This document shows, in pieces, positions 1 to 14,761 of a stretch of DNA of 64,000 nucleotides. Both the position numbers and the translations under genes were made by a program. Origin of the DNA: Macrostomum lignano (Eukaryota); contig NIVC01003482.1 in NCBI GenBank assembly GCA_002269645.1, forward strand, positions 1 through 64,000, read 5' to 3'. The notes beneath the pieces are model-generated. The model did no database searches. It saw nothing but the letters and a program-made list of their open reading frames with translations, and was not told the origin of the DNA. How positions within the stretch are numbered: the stretch's first letter is position 1; each line of letters begins with the position of its first letter.

Positions 1-1599
1 ATAGGCAAACCCGGACAAGGCAAGGCTATTAGAGCACAAATTAGTAACAGAAACTTACCGGAAGCTGCACAGAGAGAGAGACAGCGACGGAGTGACCATG
101 GGCGGCTGTTGGCTATACACAGGCAGACTGTGAAGCGGCGATGCGCTGAAGCGACGGGGCGCTGATGTAGCTCAGGCGGTGCTGAAGATGCTGGGCGGTA
201 ACAGACCGCTGGCCGGCAGATGAGCTCACTTGGGGAGCTAAAGGGCTTGGCGGTAACAGACCGCGGACCGGCAGAGGTTCGTCCTATAGACGAATGGGTC
301 AGAGCAGCGTCTGACAGCAAGTGCAAAGATGGGACCAGACGAAGACCTTTCAGGATTTATGCCGAAAACCGTTTCCTTATATAGCCTTCCCAGCCGCCGC
401 TCTAAGGTCGTTTCCATGACTCCCTCTCTCTGATTGGCTGCCGGCAGAATGACGTCAGAATGAGTCATGATGAGAAGCATTAGAACGGCATAGCAACATG
501 AGAAATGGGAAAATTGTGCAATCCGGAGGTGGGGTGGGAGGATAATTGGCGCGGCGGGAGGTCGCAAAAGTGTTGCGCAAGCAAACATTGAGAACAATGG
601 GGCTTGGGTCGAGAAAAAAGGAAATGAAGATCGGGGATAATTGGGGAGAATCGAGAACAATAGAAAAGTAAACATTGGAGAAAAGGTGCTAATTGGGTGC
701 GAAAACGAGAACAAAAGAAAGAGAAAATCGAGAAAATGTGATAATTGGTGGGAGTCGAGAGAACAAAAGAAGCAAAAACGAGAACAATAGAAGCGGAGGC
801 GAGGTGGGTGTCGCATGAGAAATTGGGGAGGAGATTAATAGCATGATAAAAGGTTGCGCAAGAGGGGTGGTGAGTCATTGATGAGTCATCGAGGGGAAGG
901 AGGGGTCACGAGGCTTTCGTCACCGTTTGGGAGTTTAATAAGGGATGGGGTGACGGTGAGCGCATAAAGTACTGTAAGTAGACACCGAAAAAGGGGGGAC
1001 AGCGCATGCACAGTGCACAAAGAGACAAAAAGACGGGAATCGGGAAAGGTACATAATGAATAGGGTAGAGTGCATAGGAGATGGGGGAGCGGGTGAGGAA
1101 CAGAGAGAGACAGGGGCTCCGGAAAGGCATGTGTGGCGGAGTGGGAGACGGAGCCGAGGCAGCAGGGGGTGCAGCAGAGCGGGAGTCTGCAGGCCTGGTC
1201 AAAGACCTGGCCCAGTCTCGACGGCTCTACTCAGGAGGTGCACAGAGATCGGAGTACTTTTGAAAAATTTCCCCTGCCGTATCGCGCGACCAGAGCGTGG
1301 TTACATCAAGTGTACATTTGATGTACACCTGTTAGCTATCGATCACATTACAATATATGATATATAAGTGAGAGCGCGGTGAGTTTGAGAGCTTGAGAGT
1401 TTCGCCTACAAGCTTGCAGACTGGCTGACTTATTCATTATACAACAGCGTCTACCAGCTGCAGCGCAGCATCTGTCGCTGCTGGGCGCTATCTGAAAATC
1501 ATCTCCTTTTCATTTGTTTATTTGGGCGGAGACCATGAAAGCTGGTTCCTGACTTTTCTTGCGATGAAACGATGAACAATACATCTTCTGTTTTCACTC

Positions 1600-2540
1600 C
1601 AATGAAAACTTTAATCCTGCATATGGATTAAAGCCAATAACAAGCAACTTGGATTTCTCCCGTCGCGACCCTATCAACGTCCACATCAAGCGTTGTGGAT
1701 AACAGTCTTCCTTTCTCAACATCAGGAGGAGCTTCCAGACCGCCATCCCTAGTCGAGACGGCACCCCTATGGATGTCGGTGTGAACTGGCGCAGCCACGG
1801 TATGCACTGCTTCAATGACGACTCACTGTATAACGGCCGAGTATGTTTCATGTAGGTAAAACGCTTGTTCAGGAAATTCTGCACCTGAACGAGAACACCT
1901 CGGTTTTCCAGGCCGAAATATGCGTCAGTGAGCACATTGGAGCAGCAATGAAGCAGCACCTGCTGCAGGAAAACATCTGAAATTTAAATATTTGTAGCTA
2001 CACTAATGGCCAAGCCGCTATCAAAGCCTCAACTAAATTTCCAATGAAACTGTATCTCAATGCTGCCGCAGATCATCTTGAAATAGCAGTATCCTCTCGG
2101 ATTCTCGCCCAAAAACTTTAGCAACCCAGACGCTAACAACCTCTAGTGAGGTTACTCTTGCCTGAGTCACAAGTCACCCGCCATGTTAACAGGTGGCTCC
2201 ACCAGCAACACCACCTCCACTGGCACAGTTGCAACAACTACAGACAGAGCCGCTGTGCAATGTCTAACCTGAACAGGAAAGCTTCTGGTTATCTGATCTC
2301 ACTTAGCAATACCAACCTCAGGGAGATGTTAATAGTCCTAACCGGCCATGGATTATTCTAGAGACATACATGTCTCTGGTTGCCCAACCACCTGTCTTTT
2401 CTGTAACATGGAAGAAGAGATCGTGGAGACTTCACGTCACCTGTCCTTACTTCAATATGGCGCGGCACAAACATCTCAGCCACACAATCGGATGGACGAT
2501 CTGACCGATCTGGGTAAAACCTTGCGGCCGAAACGCTAGT
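1600..2540 (+). mobile_element. Decayed non-LTR retrotransposon 3' fragment (RNase H plus C-terminal CCHC region; I/LOA/R1-like)
   Basis: Broken + frames give [25 protein letters not shown] and ICSYTNGQAAIKA (RNase H motifs of I-group LINEs), then [14 protein letters not shown] and CPTTCLFC..EETSRHL-like (the LTGH...CxxC...ET..H C-terminal motif). Several stops and frameshifts. Confidence 0.7.
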
Positions 2541-2824
2541 AGTAAGTGAGTTATTAAGGGAACAAAGTTGTGTACTGAAATATCCGATACCTAAGTAGCG
2601 GGTGCAGAAAGTCCAAGAACAAGGATTCGTCAGTCAAAAATAACCATTGGCCTGAATAAAAGAAAAAGGCAGTAAAGATTCAAGAATTATATTTGAGTGA
2701 ATTAGTTGCCCTTTTTTCCCAAGAATCATCCAAGTCAAAAAATGGTTAGTTTATTGAAGCTCGTTATTGTCGGAATGAGATATTGGAGTTTGTTCAATGC
2801 AGGTCGTTGGAGAGTGTCTCGCAT

Positions 2825-5020
2825 TCATTGGTGATACATCGGCGGAGGGAACCTCTGGGGCATTGGAGCTAGGGGCGGCGGCGGAGCCGTGGGAAGAGGC
2901 ATCGGCTGTGCCAGCGGCATCGGCGGCGGCATCGGCGGTGGCATCGGCGGCGGCATCGGCGGCCGCATCGGCGGCGGCATCGGTGGCCGCATCGGCGGCG
3001 GCATTGGTTGAGCGTAGCCTCCTCCAAGACCTGCCGGTTGTTGCTGTTGCCCGCCATAACGCGGCGCTTTCTGTATGACGAAAAATGTTGAAAAATGGTT
3101 TTAAGATTCATTTTTTATAGGCTCCTACCTGCCGATCAGATAAATTATATGCATTATCGAGTTAGTATACATCAAGTGCAATGAATGTCCTAATCTTCTA
3201 TAAAGTTTAACTCCCCCTTGTCGTATGGTTGGTGCACCTGAAACTTGGAGGGGAGTTAGAGAGTCGGACTCACGACTTGAAGGTCGGGGGTTCGATTTCC
3301 GATCCCACTGCAACAATTTGTATCCCTGAGCAAGACACTTAACTCTGCATTGCTTCAGTTCACCCAGCTGTAAAATGGGTACCAGCATTAGCTGGGGTAA
3401 TTGAGAGTGTGTGTGGTGACCCCCCAGTCCTTGGACTGAACAGCCGTACGCAGCCTTCAGATGCGCCGCGCAATAGCTGCGGCTGAGCTGTCGGTTGCAC
3501 ATCTGCCCATTGGGCAGGTGTAATCAATTATTTTTAATATTATTATTATTTAATACAATTCACTTCCATGGGGGTCAACTCTCAAGGCACAGAGAGGGTA
3601 GATTGCTGTGCACCCTGGGAGAGCACCTCGCAGTGCATGAGCTCGTACCCGTATATACAGTTTTGGCGAGCTTGTATGTGCTTAGGAGTCAGCAAAGTAG
3701 GCCGAGTTGCCACAGGGCAGGTTAATTGTTTTTATAGAATTTATTTTTAAGCGTTGCATAAAATCAGGTTAGGAATAAGATCGACACAATTTCGAAATGC
3801 AACCTAGAAAACAGACGCATGTATATGTCTAAGCTGTAACTACGATTATTTTATAAACAAAATGTTTCTGACCAACTTACCGGTTTCCTATTGCGGCAAC
3901 CATGGCAGATGCAGAATATCACCAGGCCAATTAGAACGACGCCAGTAACTGAGCTGACACAGATGATGGCTATCATGGATTTTGATAAGCCGGACTTTTC
4001 GTCCGAATCTTTCGGAGACGGCTTGCGTTTGTCTCCGGACGAGTATTCGTCATGTGTGCAGCATCTCTGGCTGCCGCCAGGGCCGCAGCAGTAGGACTTC
4101 GCAGACGGCCTGGCAACCAATTCAGCATAGGAGTTCGCTTTGCTGCCGTCGTCGGATTCCGGGCAGACGAACTTGTCGTAGGTCCTCGTTCCCGATGCTC
4201 GAGAAGCGAAGCACACAGTGATGTCGCCAACTACTAAGCCCCTTCGGAAATCGAAGAAGCCACTGCGGCTGACATTGCGTTGTCCAAAAAGGTACATTAA
4301 ACTATTGGGGACGTATACCGAGTCCAACTGAAAGTCAATTGCTTTGGCACGTACTCCACTGAAAAATCGATTAAATACTCATTATTATGCTGAAGTTGAA
4401 TATAGAAGTTCTTTAATTTAAATTTAAAAGTGGGGCTAGTCGTGCAATAGAATCATTACCCATTGTATCCATCGCCAAAACTTCGGAGAAGCTTAAGATT
4501 ATTGAGAGCGTCTGAAAAAAATTAGAAGTTTTCAGCGGTATAATTGTATTTTTATAGTATAGTTAAAGTTTTAGTATATTTGACTAGCAATCTAGTGCCC
4601 CCTTCGGGGCGCCCAATAAGCGAGGTGCAAATAATAATAATATTAATTGCATTCGCTTGCCGCAAAACATCGTTTTACAACCAACAGTGAGGCAATCTGC
4701 CCATTTTTGACTCCTGAGCGCAAAAAGGGTGTGAATACTGTACGCACTCGCACGCACTCGCACGCGCTCACACAAGATGTACAGTGACCAGGACCTTGGG
4801 ATTCGAGAGTGAGCCACAAAAACTAACCAGAAGTCAAGTGTCAGACGTAATAAGATGGTAGTCTCGACGCGTACGTATGTGTGATAGCGCTTCAACAACC
4901 CAATTCATGCATTAGTAAGCCATGGCACTTACGTATAGTGTTGATTGGTAGTAGGAATCCAATAGAAATTAAACAAAGTAGGTTTGATAGACTGCTTGAA
5001 ATGAAATATTGCAACGTCAT
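2825..5020 (-). CDS. STMC6/Shisa-like single-pass membrane protein, paralog A (287 aa, 4 exons)
   Basis: Exons (minus): 5020-4933 (MTLQYFISSSLSNLLCLISIGFLLPINTI, phase-1 GTAAGT), 4511-4460 (ends YNG, phase 2), 4358-3881 (C..FVCP..KSYCCG..QRCC, TM, juxtamembrane Cys, phase-0 GTAAGT), 3070-2825 (Pro/Met-rich tail ending RFPPPMYHQ*). All GT-AG; 864 nt in total, in frame. Confidence 0.85.
3245..3550 (+). mobile_element. tRNA-derived SINE with CORE-like central domain (family 1, longest copy)
   Basis: B-box-like GGTTCGATTTCC at 3289-3300; CCCTGAGCAAGACACTTAACTCTG..TTCAGTTCACCCAGCTGTAAAATGGG resembles the MIR/CORE consensus; (ATT)n tail; two more copies in the window. Lies in the last intron of paralog A. 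Confidence 0.7.
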
Positions 5021-5272
5021 TTTTTATTAAGATAAGTATGTAGTTGTCTGTTAATGTATTCAACGTTTTTACAGTTAGTGATTGATGCCTTGAAAGCCAC
5101 TATATATTCCACATGAAGTATGCGAATAAATTAAGAAAGATGAATGCCATAGATAAACCATGGTAGCCACAAAGTCAACAAAAAGAGAAATACGAAGTAC
5201 AAAAGCTTACTTAGTTCTGAAGAAAATTGATTTAGAAAAAATCTGCAACGAGTTAACGAATTCATCATAAAG

Positions 5273-8200
5273 ATGGCATACAAAATGGTATTTTCATTGA
5301 ACGCGATTGGTCTACTTCTCTTGGTAGAATACTGTACATGTAAGTAGCTTTCAGCAGAATTATTTGGTTTTAAAATTAATTCTCAATCTCACCTTACTTT
5401 AGAAGATCACTCTCACCTCTAAATGATCAATCTCGCTTTTAAATGGTCACTCTCATTTCTAGATAATCAATCTCACTTTTAGAAGATCAAAAAAAGTTTT
5501 TAAATACTAGATCTCACTTTTAGATGATCTATCTCACTTCTAAATGATCAATCTCATTTCTAGATGATCAATCTCATTTTTAGATGATCAATCTCACTTC
5601 TAGACGATCAATCTCACTTCTAAATAATCAATCTCACTTTTGGATGATCAATCTCACTTTGATATGATTAATGTCACTTCTAAATGATCAATCTCATTTT
5701 GAGATAATCAAAATCTCACTTCTAGATGAGCAAATTAGATTATCAATCTAATTTCTAGGTGATCAATCTCACATTTGAGATGATCTATCTTCTAGATAAT
5801 CAATCTCACCTCTAAATGATTAATCTCACTTCTGGATGATCAATATGACTGCTCAACCATATGATCAGTTACACTTCCGAATGCTTTAACTCTCTTTTAG
5901 ATTCTCAATAGGGATTCTAGCCTTTTAAAAATATTCTTTATACATTACTTTTAAATCCGCATAAAAATAAACATTCCAGGTGATTTAAGTGTTCATGAAA
6001 TGAGAGGAAACTTGTACAAGGGGTAACTAAAAACTCAAAGCAGTGATTTGAATTCAGTACAAGTTGATTCAAAATTTCATTTGAGCTGTTTGTTCTGCAT
6101 TTCAGAGGCGGACGCGCTTCAGAACTGGACTTCGACGTAAACTCAGTGTACGTCTCGAAAGAACTCCGACCGCTAGTATTATCAGGTGACAGACTGCGTT
6201 CGGACATAACAGCGAGCGATGTGGCCCTCTGCTTTGCCGGCCGTGGCAAGTATGATCAGTTTATCTGTCCAGAAGAAGACGTAGATTCCAATGCAAAGTC
6301 CTACTATGACTTGCTGTCAAACGCTGATACAAAGACGTATTGTTGCGGTGAGGAGGACGAGCAGTACTGCTGCACAAAAGCCGAGTTCGAGGCGCTGAAG
6401 TCAAGTTTGTCCACGGGAGCCATTGCAGCAATCGTGATCTGCTCTTTACTTGGAGTGGTGGTCATGGGTTTGATCATATTTTGCGCTTGCAAGTTTTTCT
6501 GTCTTGTCAAACAGAGGCCCAACGCCTCTAGGCCGATGGGGGTGAGTAATAAATGCAGTTCTTTCTTATCATGGCTTAAGGAGATCTGATTTAGTGAAAC
6601 AAGATAAAAAGTTCATAAAAATTAAAAATCAGATTGACGTAACAGAGCTGCATGAAAACGCCTCTGTGCAACCCCTGGGCTCTGGCGCTGAAAGGTACAC
6701 CCACCAGGCGTCTGGATGGTGCGGTAGCTGAGGTTGCGGCCAAGATCCCATTATCCATAGACAGCGGCGCGGCAGTCACCAATCACATGTGAAAACTCCC
6801 ACTAGTGAGGCGGGACTTCCGGTCTGTAACAGACGAAGATTCTTGACCCCAACTGTACTAGAAATGGCCGACTAGGGACTCTATGGACAGTCTAGTCAGA
6901 GCTGTAAACGAGGACATTTGGATCTTTTAGCTGGTGAGCGATTCTAGACTACGATTCCCTCCTAAGCCACAGGATTCCAAGGGTGGATAAAACGCCATAT
7001 TTTTATGTTGATGGGGAAGGGTAGGTCCAGAACTCTCTCGTGATGCCCTTCCATAGAAGGGGTCGGCAAACTCCGGCTTGCGGGCGATAAGCGGGCCTCG
7101 AAGCCTCTCGAAACTTCAAAAAAGCGATCCGGCCCGCTAAAGGTTTGTTTCTCTTCTCGGGTTTTTTCTTCTCTCCCCTCTCCCTTTCCCTTCTCTCCAC
7201 ACTCCCCTCTTTCCTCTCTCCCTTCTCTTCCTCTCTCCTCCTCTCTTCTCGTTTATCCTTTCTCTCATCCCATCTCATGCCTCTCTTCTCACATCTCTTA
7301 TCTTCTATTCTTTCTCTTTTTCACTCTCATCTGGCCTGCAGACATGAGCTAAAATCCTTATCTGGCACTTGAAGCGAAAAAGTTTGCCATACTCTGTCCT
7401 ATAGGGACAGGGAAGCTAAAGCTGAGAACGGGGGTGGCCGCTCGGGCCATTAAAACGGGCTCTTGTTTATAGCCCTGAGACTAAGCGTCACACGATCACG
7501 ATCACGTGATACGTGATATTGAAGGCCGTGACTTGTCCTTGATCTTCGTTACCAAGCAACCCTGGTGATGTCACCCACCAGTGGCGCTGCTATTGGACGA
7601 GAAACTGGGGTGGGGTGCAACGGAGAAAAACTATTCATGATGGAGGATTACGTAACAGACAGGAAAAGCTTGGGGAGATGTGGGGTCATAAAAACTGTCA
7701 CACGCATGAATGATTTCGAACAATAGAAAGGAGGGTGGGGTTGGTGCTCGAAGGAGTGGGTAAGCGATAAGCATGAGTCATTGTGATAACTCATTTTCAA
7801 TTAGTCATCATGGGGGGGGGCAGGAATCACACGGGAAAAGGGAGGGAGCGCAAAAAATAGCGGGGAGGGCAGGAAACCTGGACGTGTCTGTATCAAGATG
7901 GCGATCATTTTAAGGATAACCTTTTGCATTGTTGAAAGAGTGAAAATGAATTTCAGAATATTTGCTAATTGGTTCACCAAAGCGCGACGTGATTAACAAC
8001 CAAATGCCACCGATTAATAAAAAGTGTGGGAGCAATGCAACGTAGACAACAAAAACTACTTAAGTAGAACGGGAAAGTACGTTTCTTGGAAAGTTTTCTG
8101 GAGGCCGGTTTTACGGAGAAAATACTTTGCATCGATAGCAGTTTTTTTGTGACAGTCAGGTACAAATACTCAGCAATATCGAAAAGTCGCCATCACAGCA

Positions 8201-8665
8201 GATTCGGTCTGTGGTCGCCAATTTTGAGAGTGCAGGTAAAGTCTCAATCTTTGCGAGTGACGCTACTCAGCTACGCCGCGGCAGACTAGCTTGAGTTGAG
8301 GAATGATGTGGGGGAGCGGTGTGCGAGGGTTGGACGTGGATTAAAGCTACCCCGATCAGTTTTCTCGTATCTTTTATTTCAGAATAGTCCAAGAGATAGT
8401 CACTGACGCATAGATTTGGCGACTTTTTAATGTTGCTGATATGACTACAACAAGTAACAACTTATGCTGTTAAATTTATTAACCAAACATTAATTAAAAG
8501 TGCGTCACAACTTTGTGCCAATTTATCATTATGCAGCCGCCGCGGTTCGGCTCGCCCTACCAGCAGCCGGTGCCCTACGGCTCTGGCGGAGGCTTCGCGC
8601 AGCCGCAGCCGATGCCGTACGCACCGCCGCCGCCGCCGCCCATGGCACCACCGCGAATGTACTAA
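5273..8665 (+). CDS. STMC6/Shisa-like single-pass membrane protein, paralog B (224 aa, 4 exons)
   Basis: Exons 5273-5339 (MAYKMVFSLNAIGLLLLVEYCT, phase 1), 5980-6022 (ends LYKG, phase 2), 6106-6541 (C..FICP..KTYCCG..QYCC, TM, Cys; phase-0 GTGAGT), 8537-8665 (PPRFGSPY...PPPPPPMAPPRMY*). 675 nt, in frame. Confidence 0.85.
5400..5850. repeat. ~20-bp minisatellite (TAGATGATCAATCTCACTTY)n in intron 1 of paralog B
   Basis: Visible 20-nt periodicity (5541, 5561, 5581), degenerate. Confidence 0.85.
7057..7396. mobile_element. Putative hAT-like MITE
   Basis: Imperfect TIRs AAGGGGTCGGCAAACT / AGTTTGCCATACTCTG; 8-bp flanks TTCCATAG and TCCTATAG resemble a decayed TSD. Confidence 0.45.
8169..8439. mobile_element. 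MITE with ~24-bp TIRs and TA flanks (copy 1)
   Basis: CTCAGCAATATCGAAAAGTCGCCA...TGGCGACTTTTTAATGTTGCTGA flanked by TA; a homologous copy lies at 28992-29251. Confidence 0.7.
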
Positions 8666-9112
8666 TAATAAAGGACAACAGACCTGTCCTAGATACAGAG
8701 TTGCAGAGATGTGATGATAAAAACTGTGTTCTTTTAATTTGAGCGTATGCTTTTTAATTTCCTTTGACAGAGACATATCAATAAGTTTGGAATACTTGCC
8801 AAACAGGCATCTGAATAAACGAGTTTTACTACTGACTGTGAAAGCAGTTGCCTACTTTTCTGTTAAAATGGCGTCATAGCACGCTTTTTCTAACTATTTT
8901 TGTCAAGAAAAGACCTAAACACAATATTCCTTTACTTAAAGGACAACAACACAGCAAATATACCTGCTAGAAACTTTCGATAGAGACTTATGAAATTTAT
9001 AAGTCAATTTATCAAAAATACTAACCCAAGTTTTATTTTGTTTCTAAGCTGAACAAACAAACAATTTAACTTTCCTAACTGGAAAATATTTTCTCCATAT
9101 AGATTGCCTGCT

Positions 9113-9628
9113 CACGGTCTATAGTTCACAGCAGTTCACAGTCTATAGTTCACAGTCTATAGTTCATAGTTTATAGTTCACAGTCTAGAGTTCTCGGTCT
9201 ATAGTTCACGGTCTATAGTTCACAGTCTATAGTTCACGGTATATAGTTCACAGTCTATAGTTCACGGTATATAGTTCACAGTCTATAGTTCACGGTCTAT
9301 AGTTCATAGTTTATAGTTCACAGTCTAGAGTTCTCGGTCTATAGTTCACTGTCTATAGTTCACAGTCTATAGTTCACGGTATATAGTTCACAGTCTATAG
9401 TTCACGGTCTATAGTTCATAGTTTATAGTTCACAGTCTAGAGTTCTCGGTCTATAGTTCATAGTTTATAGTTCACAGTCTATAGTTCACAGTCTATAGTT
9501 TATAGTTTATAGTTCACAGTCTAGAGTTCTCGGTCTATAGTTCACGGTCTATAATTCACAGTCTATAGTTCACGGTATATAGTTCACAGTCTATAGTTCA
9601 CGGTCTATAGTTCACGGTCTATAGTTCT
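9113..9628. repeat. 14-bp minisatellite (CACAGTCTATAGTT)n
   Basis: Directly visible tandem repeat abutting the 5' end of the RTE fragment. Confidence 0.95.
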
Positions 9629-9629
9629 G

Positions 9630-11035
9630 CAGGAATGAATTGCGCGACATCTTCGCCGGCATTGTAAACGCGCCCGCATCGCCGCTGCCCGCCAGCTTTG
9701 CGCTCCCACTGGACACGCCGCTCCCAGCTGAGGAGGACTTCTGCACCAGACCAGTCACAACGGAGGACGCAATGCTGTTCGCTCGGAAAACATCAGGCGA
9801 CAAGGTGCTCGGCCCCGACGAAGTCCCGTTCGAAGCGCTGCGGCTCCGCTGTGTGGCCTCCCAGGTCACAGGCGTCATGAACCGCGTGCTCGCCGGTGCT
9901 CCTGCGCCCACCGAGTGGACCGTCGCGCACATCGTGCCGATCCCGAAGAAGGCAGGGACAACGCGGAAAGAAGACCACCGAGGGATCTCGCTGATGTCCT
10001 GCACCGCGAAGCTCTTCAACTGACTGCTGCTCCATCGGCCTGTCTGACCTGTTCGATACTTCATCAGGAGCTCCGCAGGGCGACACGCTAGCGCCGTTTC
10101 TCTTCGTGCCGCTGATGGCTGGGTGCTTCGGACCGCTCTCCTCTCGGCTGAGACGGCTTCCTGCTGCGCAGACGCATCGGTCGTCGCCACGTCGAAAAGC
10201 GCCTAAGCGTGCTTGGCTACGCCGACGACCTCGCCCTCCTGTCCTCGTCCGTTGAAGGCGCCCAGCGCCAGATCGATAGGCTGGTCGAGGCGGCATCGAG
10301 CGTCGGTCTGATCGTCAACACGCTGAAGACCGAGGTGCTGACTGTGCCGGCCGACATCCCAGCGGACTTGACGTGCCGCGGCGCAGACGGGCAGACGACC
10401 AAGCTCGCACGCTGCCAGCGGTTCACCTACCTCGGCGGTCTGGTGCCCCACGTGGAGGAAGACCTCCGGCGGCGCAGAGGACTTGCCTGGGCGGCCTTCT
10501 GTTACACTCGAGCCGTCCTCCAGTCCGAAGCGCTGCCCGACCGCCAGAGGGCTCGGCTGTGGCAGGTGCCAATCGAAACCGTCCTGCTATACAACGCCGG
10601 AGACGTGGACGCTGACGGCTACGCTAGAGCGGCAGCTGGACTCGGCGCACTTAGGGCTGCTCTGTGCGGCCTTTCAAGCTGACGAGAGCGTCGGGACCGA
10701 GGCCCTGTACGATCGGGCCAAGCTGCAGCGCCCGTCCACCATCTTGCGCCGGCTGCGACTTCAACTGGCGAGCCACGTGATCCGGGCCGAAGGCTACTGC
10801 CCCCAACCTGTTCAGAACGTCCTGCTGCTCACCTTGCAGGGCCCGTTCAGGCGGGATCAGGCCCGAACCGGTCGATATGTGGACTGCCTGCTGTGCGACG
10901 CTGGGGCGCCCGACACTGCCAACGGAGCGGACTTTGTTCGCTCCAAGGCTCTGCGGCGCGCCATCTGACGCGCCCTGCTCTAAATGTGACCTTGCATGCG
11001 GGGCCGCGAATTTTGTTGTTGTTGTTGTTGTTGTT
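9630..11035 (+). mobile_element. 5'-truncated, internally deleted RTE-clade LINE (reverse transcriptase pseudogene) with (TTG)n tail
   Basis: GPDEVP, IVPIPKK..HRGISLMSCTAKLF, GAPQGDTLAPFLF, LGYADDLALL, LIVNTLKTEVL, FTYLGG and RRLRLQLASHVIR across shifted frames; stop at 10021; ends in TTGTTG repeats at about 11013-11035. Confidence 0.9.
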
Positions 11036-12135
11036 AGTGAAGTATTTAGGGTTTGTCTCGGGGTTGTCTCGAGGTAGTCTGGTAGGTCGTTGAATCCCAC
11101 CGCTGCCACCAATGTTGTACCTGTGCTTCTCCTACTGTCTAGCACAGTGATTTGGGCTCTCCGTCTTCTCAACCGGAAGCCTTCGATTAGCTCTTAGTAG
11201 CGTAGGTAGTGCTGCCACCAGTTCCTTCAGGTCTCGGCGTTCGGTGAGGTGAGCTTCCCGTCGGAGCGAAATAAACAAGTCAACGATTTCAGCACAGCGT
11301 GCAGATTTGCAGATTAATGAACAAGGCGTCTTGGTCAGCAGATCCCACCGGGCTCAAGGGGTGGCTGGGAAGGCAGTGTTAGCCTCCCTTAGGCTTGGGC
11401 GTCTAAGTTTAGTCAGGCAAGTTACAGATAGCTTTAATTGGCAACTGACCGAAGTATGGAAAGCTAGACTAAAGAAGAACAGCAACAAGAAGAAGAATCC
11501 TTGACTCAACCAAGGGTGAGGGGCAAATATTTGAAGGCAGGAAATCCTCGCTGCACCAGTGTGCGCCGGACCTCGTGACTCTGTTCAATTTTTAGAACTG
11601 ACGTCACCCTCCGCCTTAGGGAAGGCAGGATTTGCGGGTAAAGTGCACAGAGCCGCATGACTCAGTATCTATTTTTAGAAACATGAGTCCCCTATTACCT
11701 TAGAGAAGGCAAGGGCCCGAAACACGTGATTCCTCCTGTAAACAGGGGACAACGAGACTTTAGGACTTCGAGAAAACAAGACTTGTCATGTGACTTGTGT
11801 CACTTGTTCTATAAGTTTTATTGTAGAACTCCTTGTCTGAGGCAAATATCCAGCTTCCGCTCCTCTTCCCTTCCCTACTTGAAGCGTGGCTCAGAAATCT
11901 ATATTGTTTAATCAAGGAATCAAGGATTTAGAATTCCTTGGTTTAATCAAAGCTAATGCTTACATGCTTTGGCGACCCTAAGCCCATAGACATGGCATTT
12001 ATCCTTTGAAGGACAAAAAGAATCGTTAAAATAGTAAGAAAAGCATTTAAAGACACGCAGACAATTTTGGCATTTCTGGTCAAATGTTCAACCCGAAGCA
12101 TTCATCGCCTGCAAGCCTACTGGATCATAGCGTGA

Positions 12136-14417
<2,282 letters not shown>

Positions 14418-14761
14418 TGAGATGCCAAAAACTAAATCAATAAGCAACATCTGTACCGACAAACTATAAATTTCTGAATTTTCATTATTATGCCCCAAAG
14501 TAAAGCTGAGCATTTATGTTGAGAAATTTAAGTTCAAATATCAAAGAATGCTTCGAAATATTTAGTCTTATTGATAACTCTTTTTTCAAAAATATTGAAA
14601 TTCGAATTTTAAATACTGAAAAACTGCTCTTTTACTCGATAAAATTTCGCGACAAAAATTAAATAAGAAATATTCACGACTACAGTCATAAAAACACTGC
14701 ACTCAAAAGATTGTACATTTTCGAGATGGAATGTTTTTTAGTCTAGTACGTGCTACTCAGA

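Noticed and set aside
238-1367. ORFs at the window start
   Set aside because: Purine-rich low-complexity sequence giving Phe/Ser/Leu-biased minus-strand frames with no recognisable domain.
4584-4670. Alternative signal-peptide exon for paralog A (MFCGKRMQLILLLFAPRLLG)
   Set aside because: No GT donor in the right phase; the exon at 5020-4933 has a canonical phase-1 GTAAGT.
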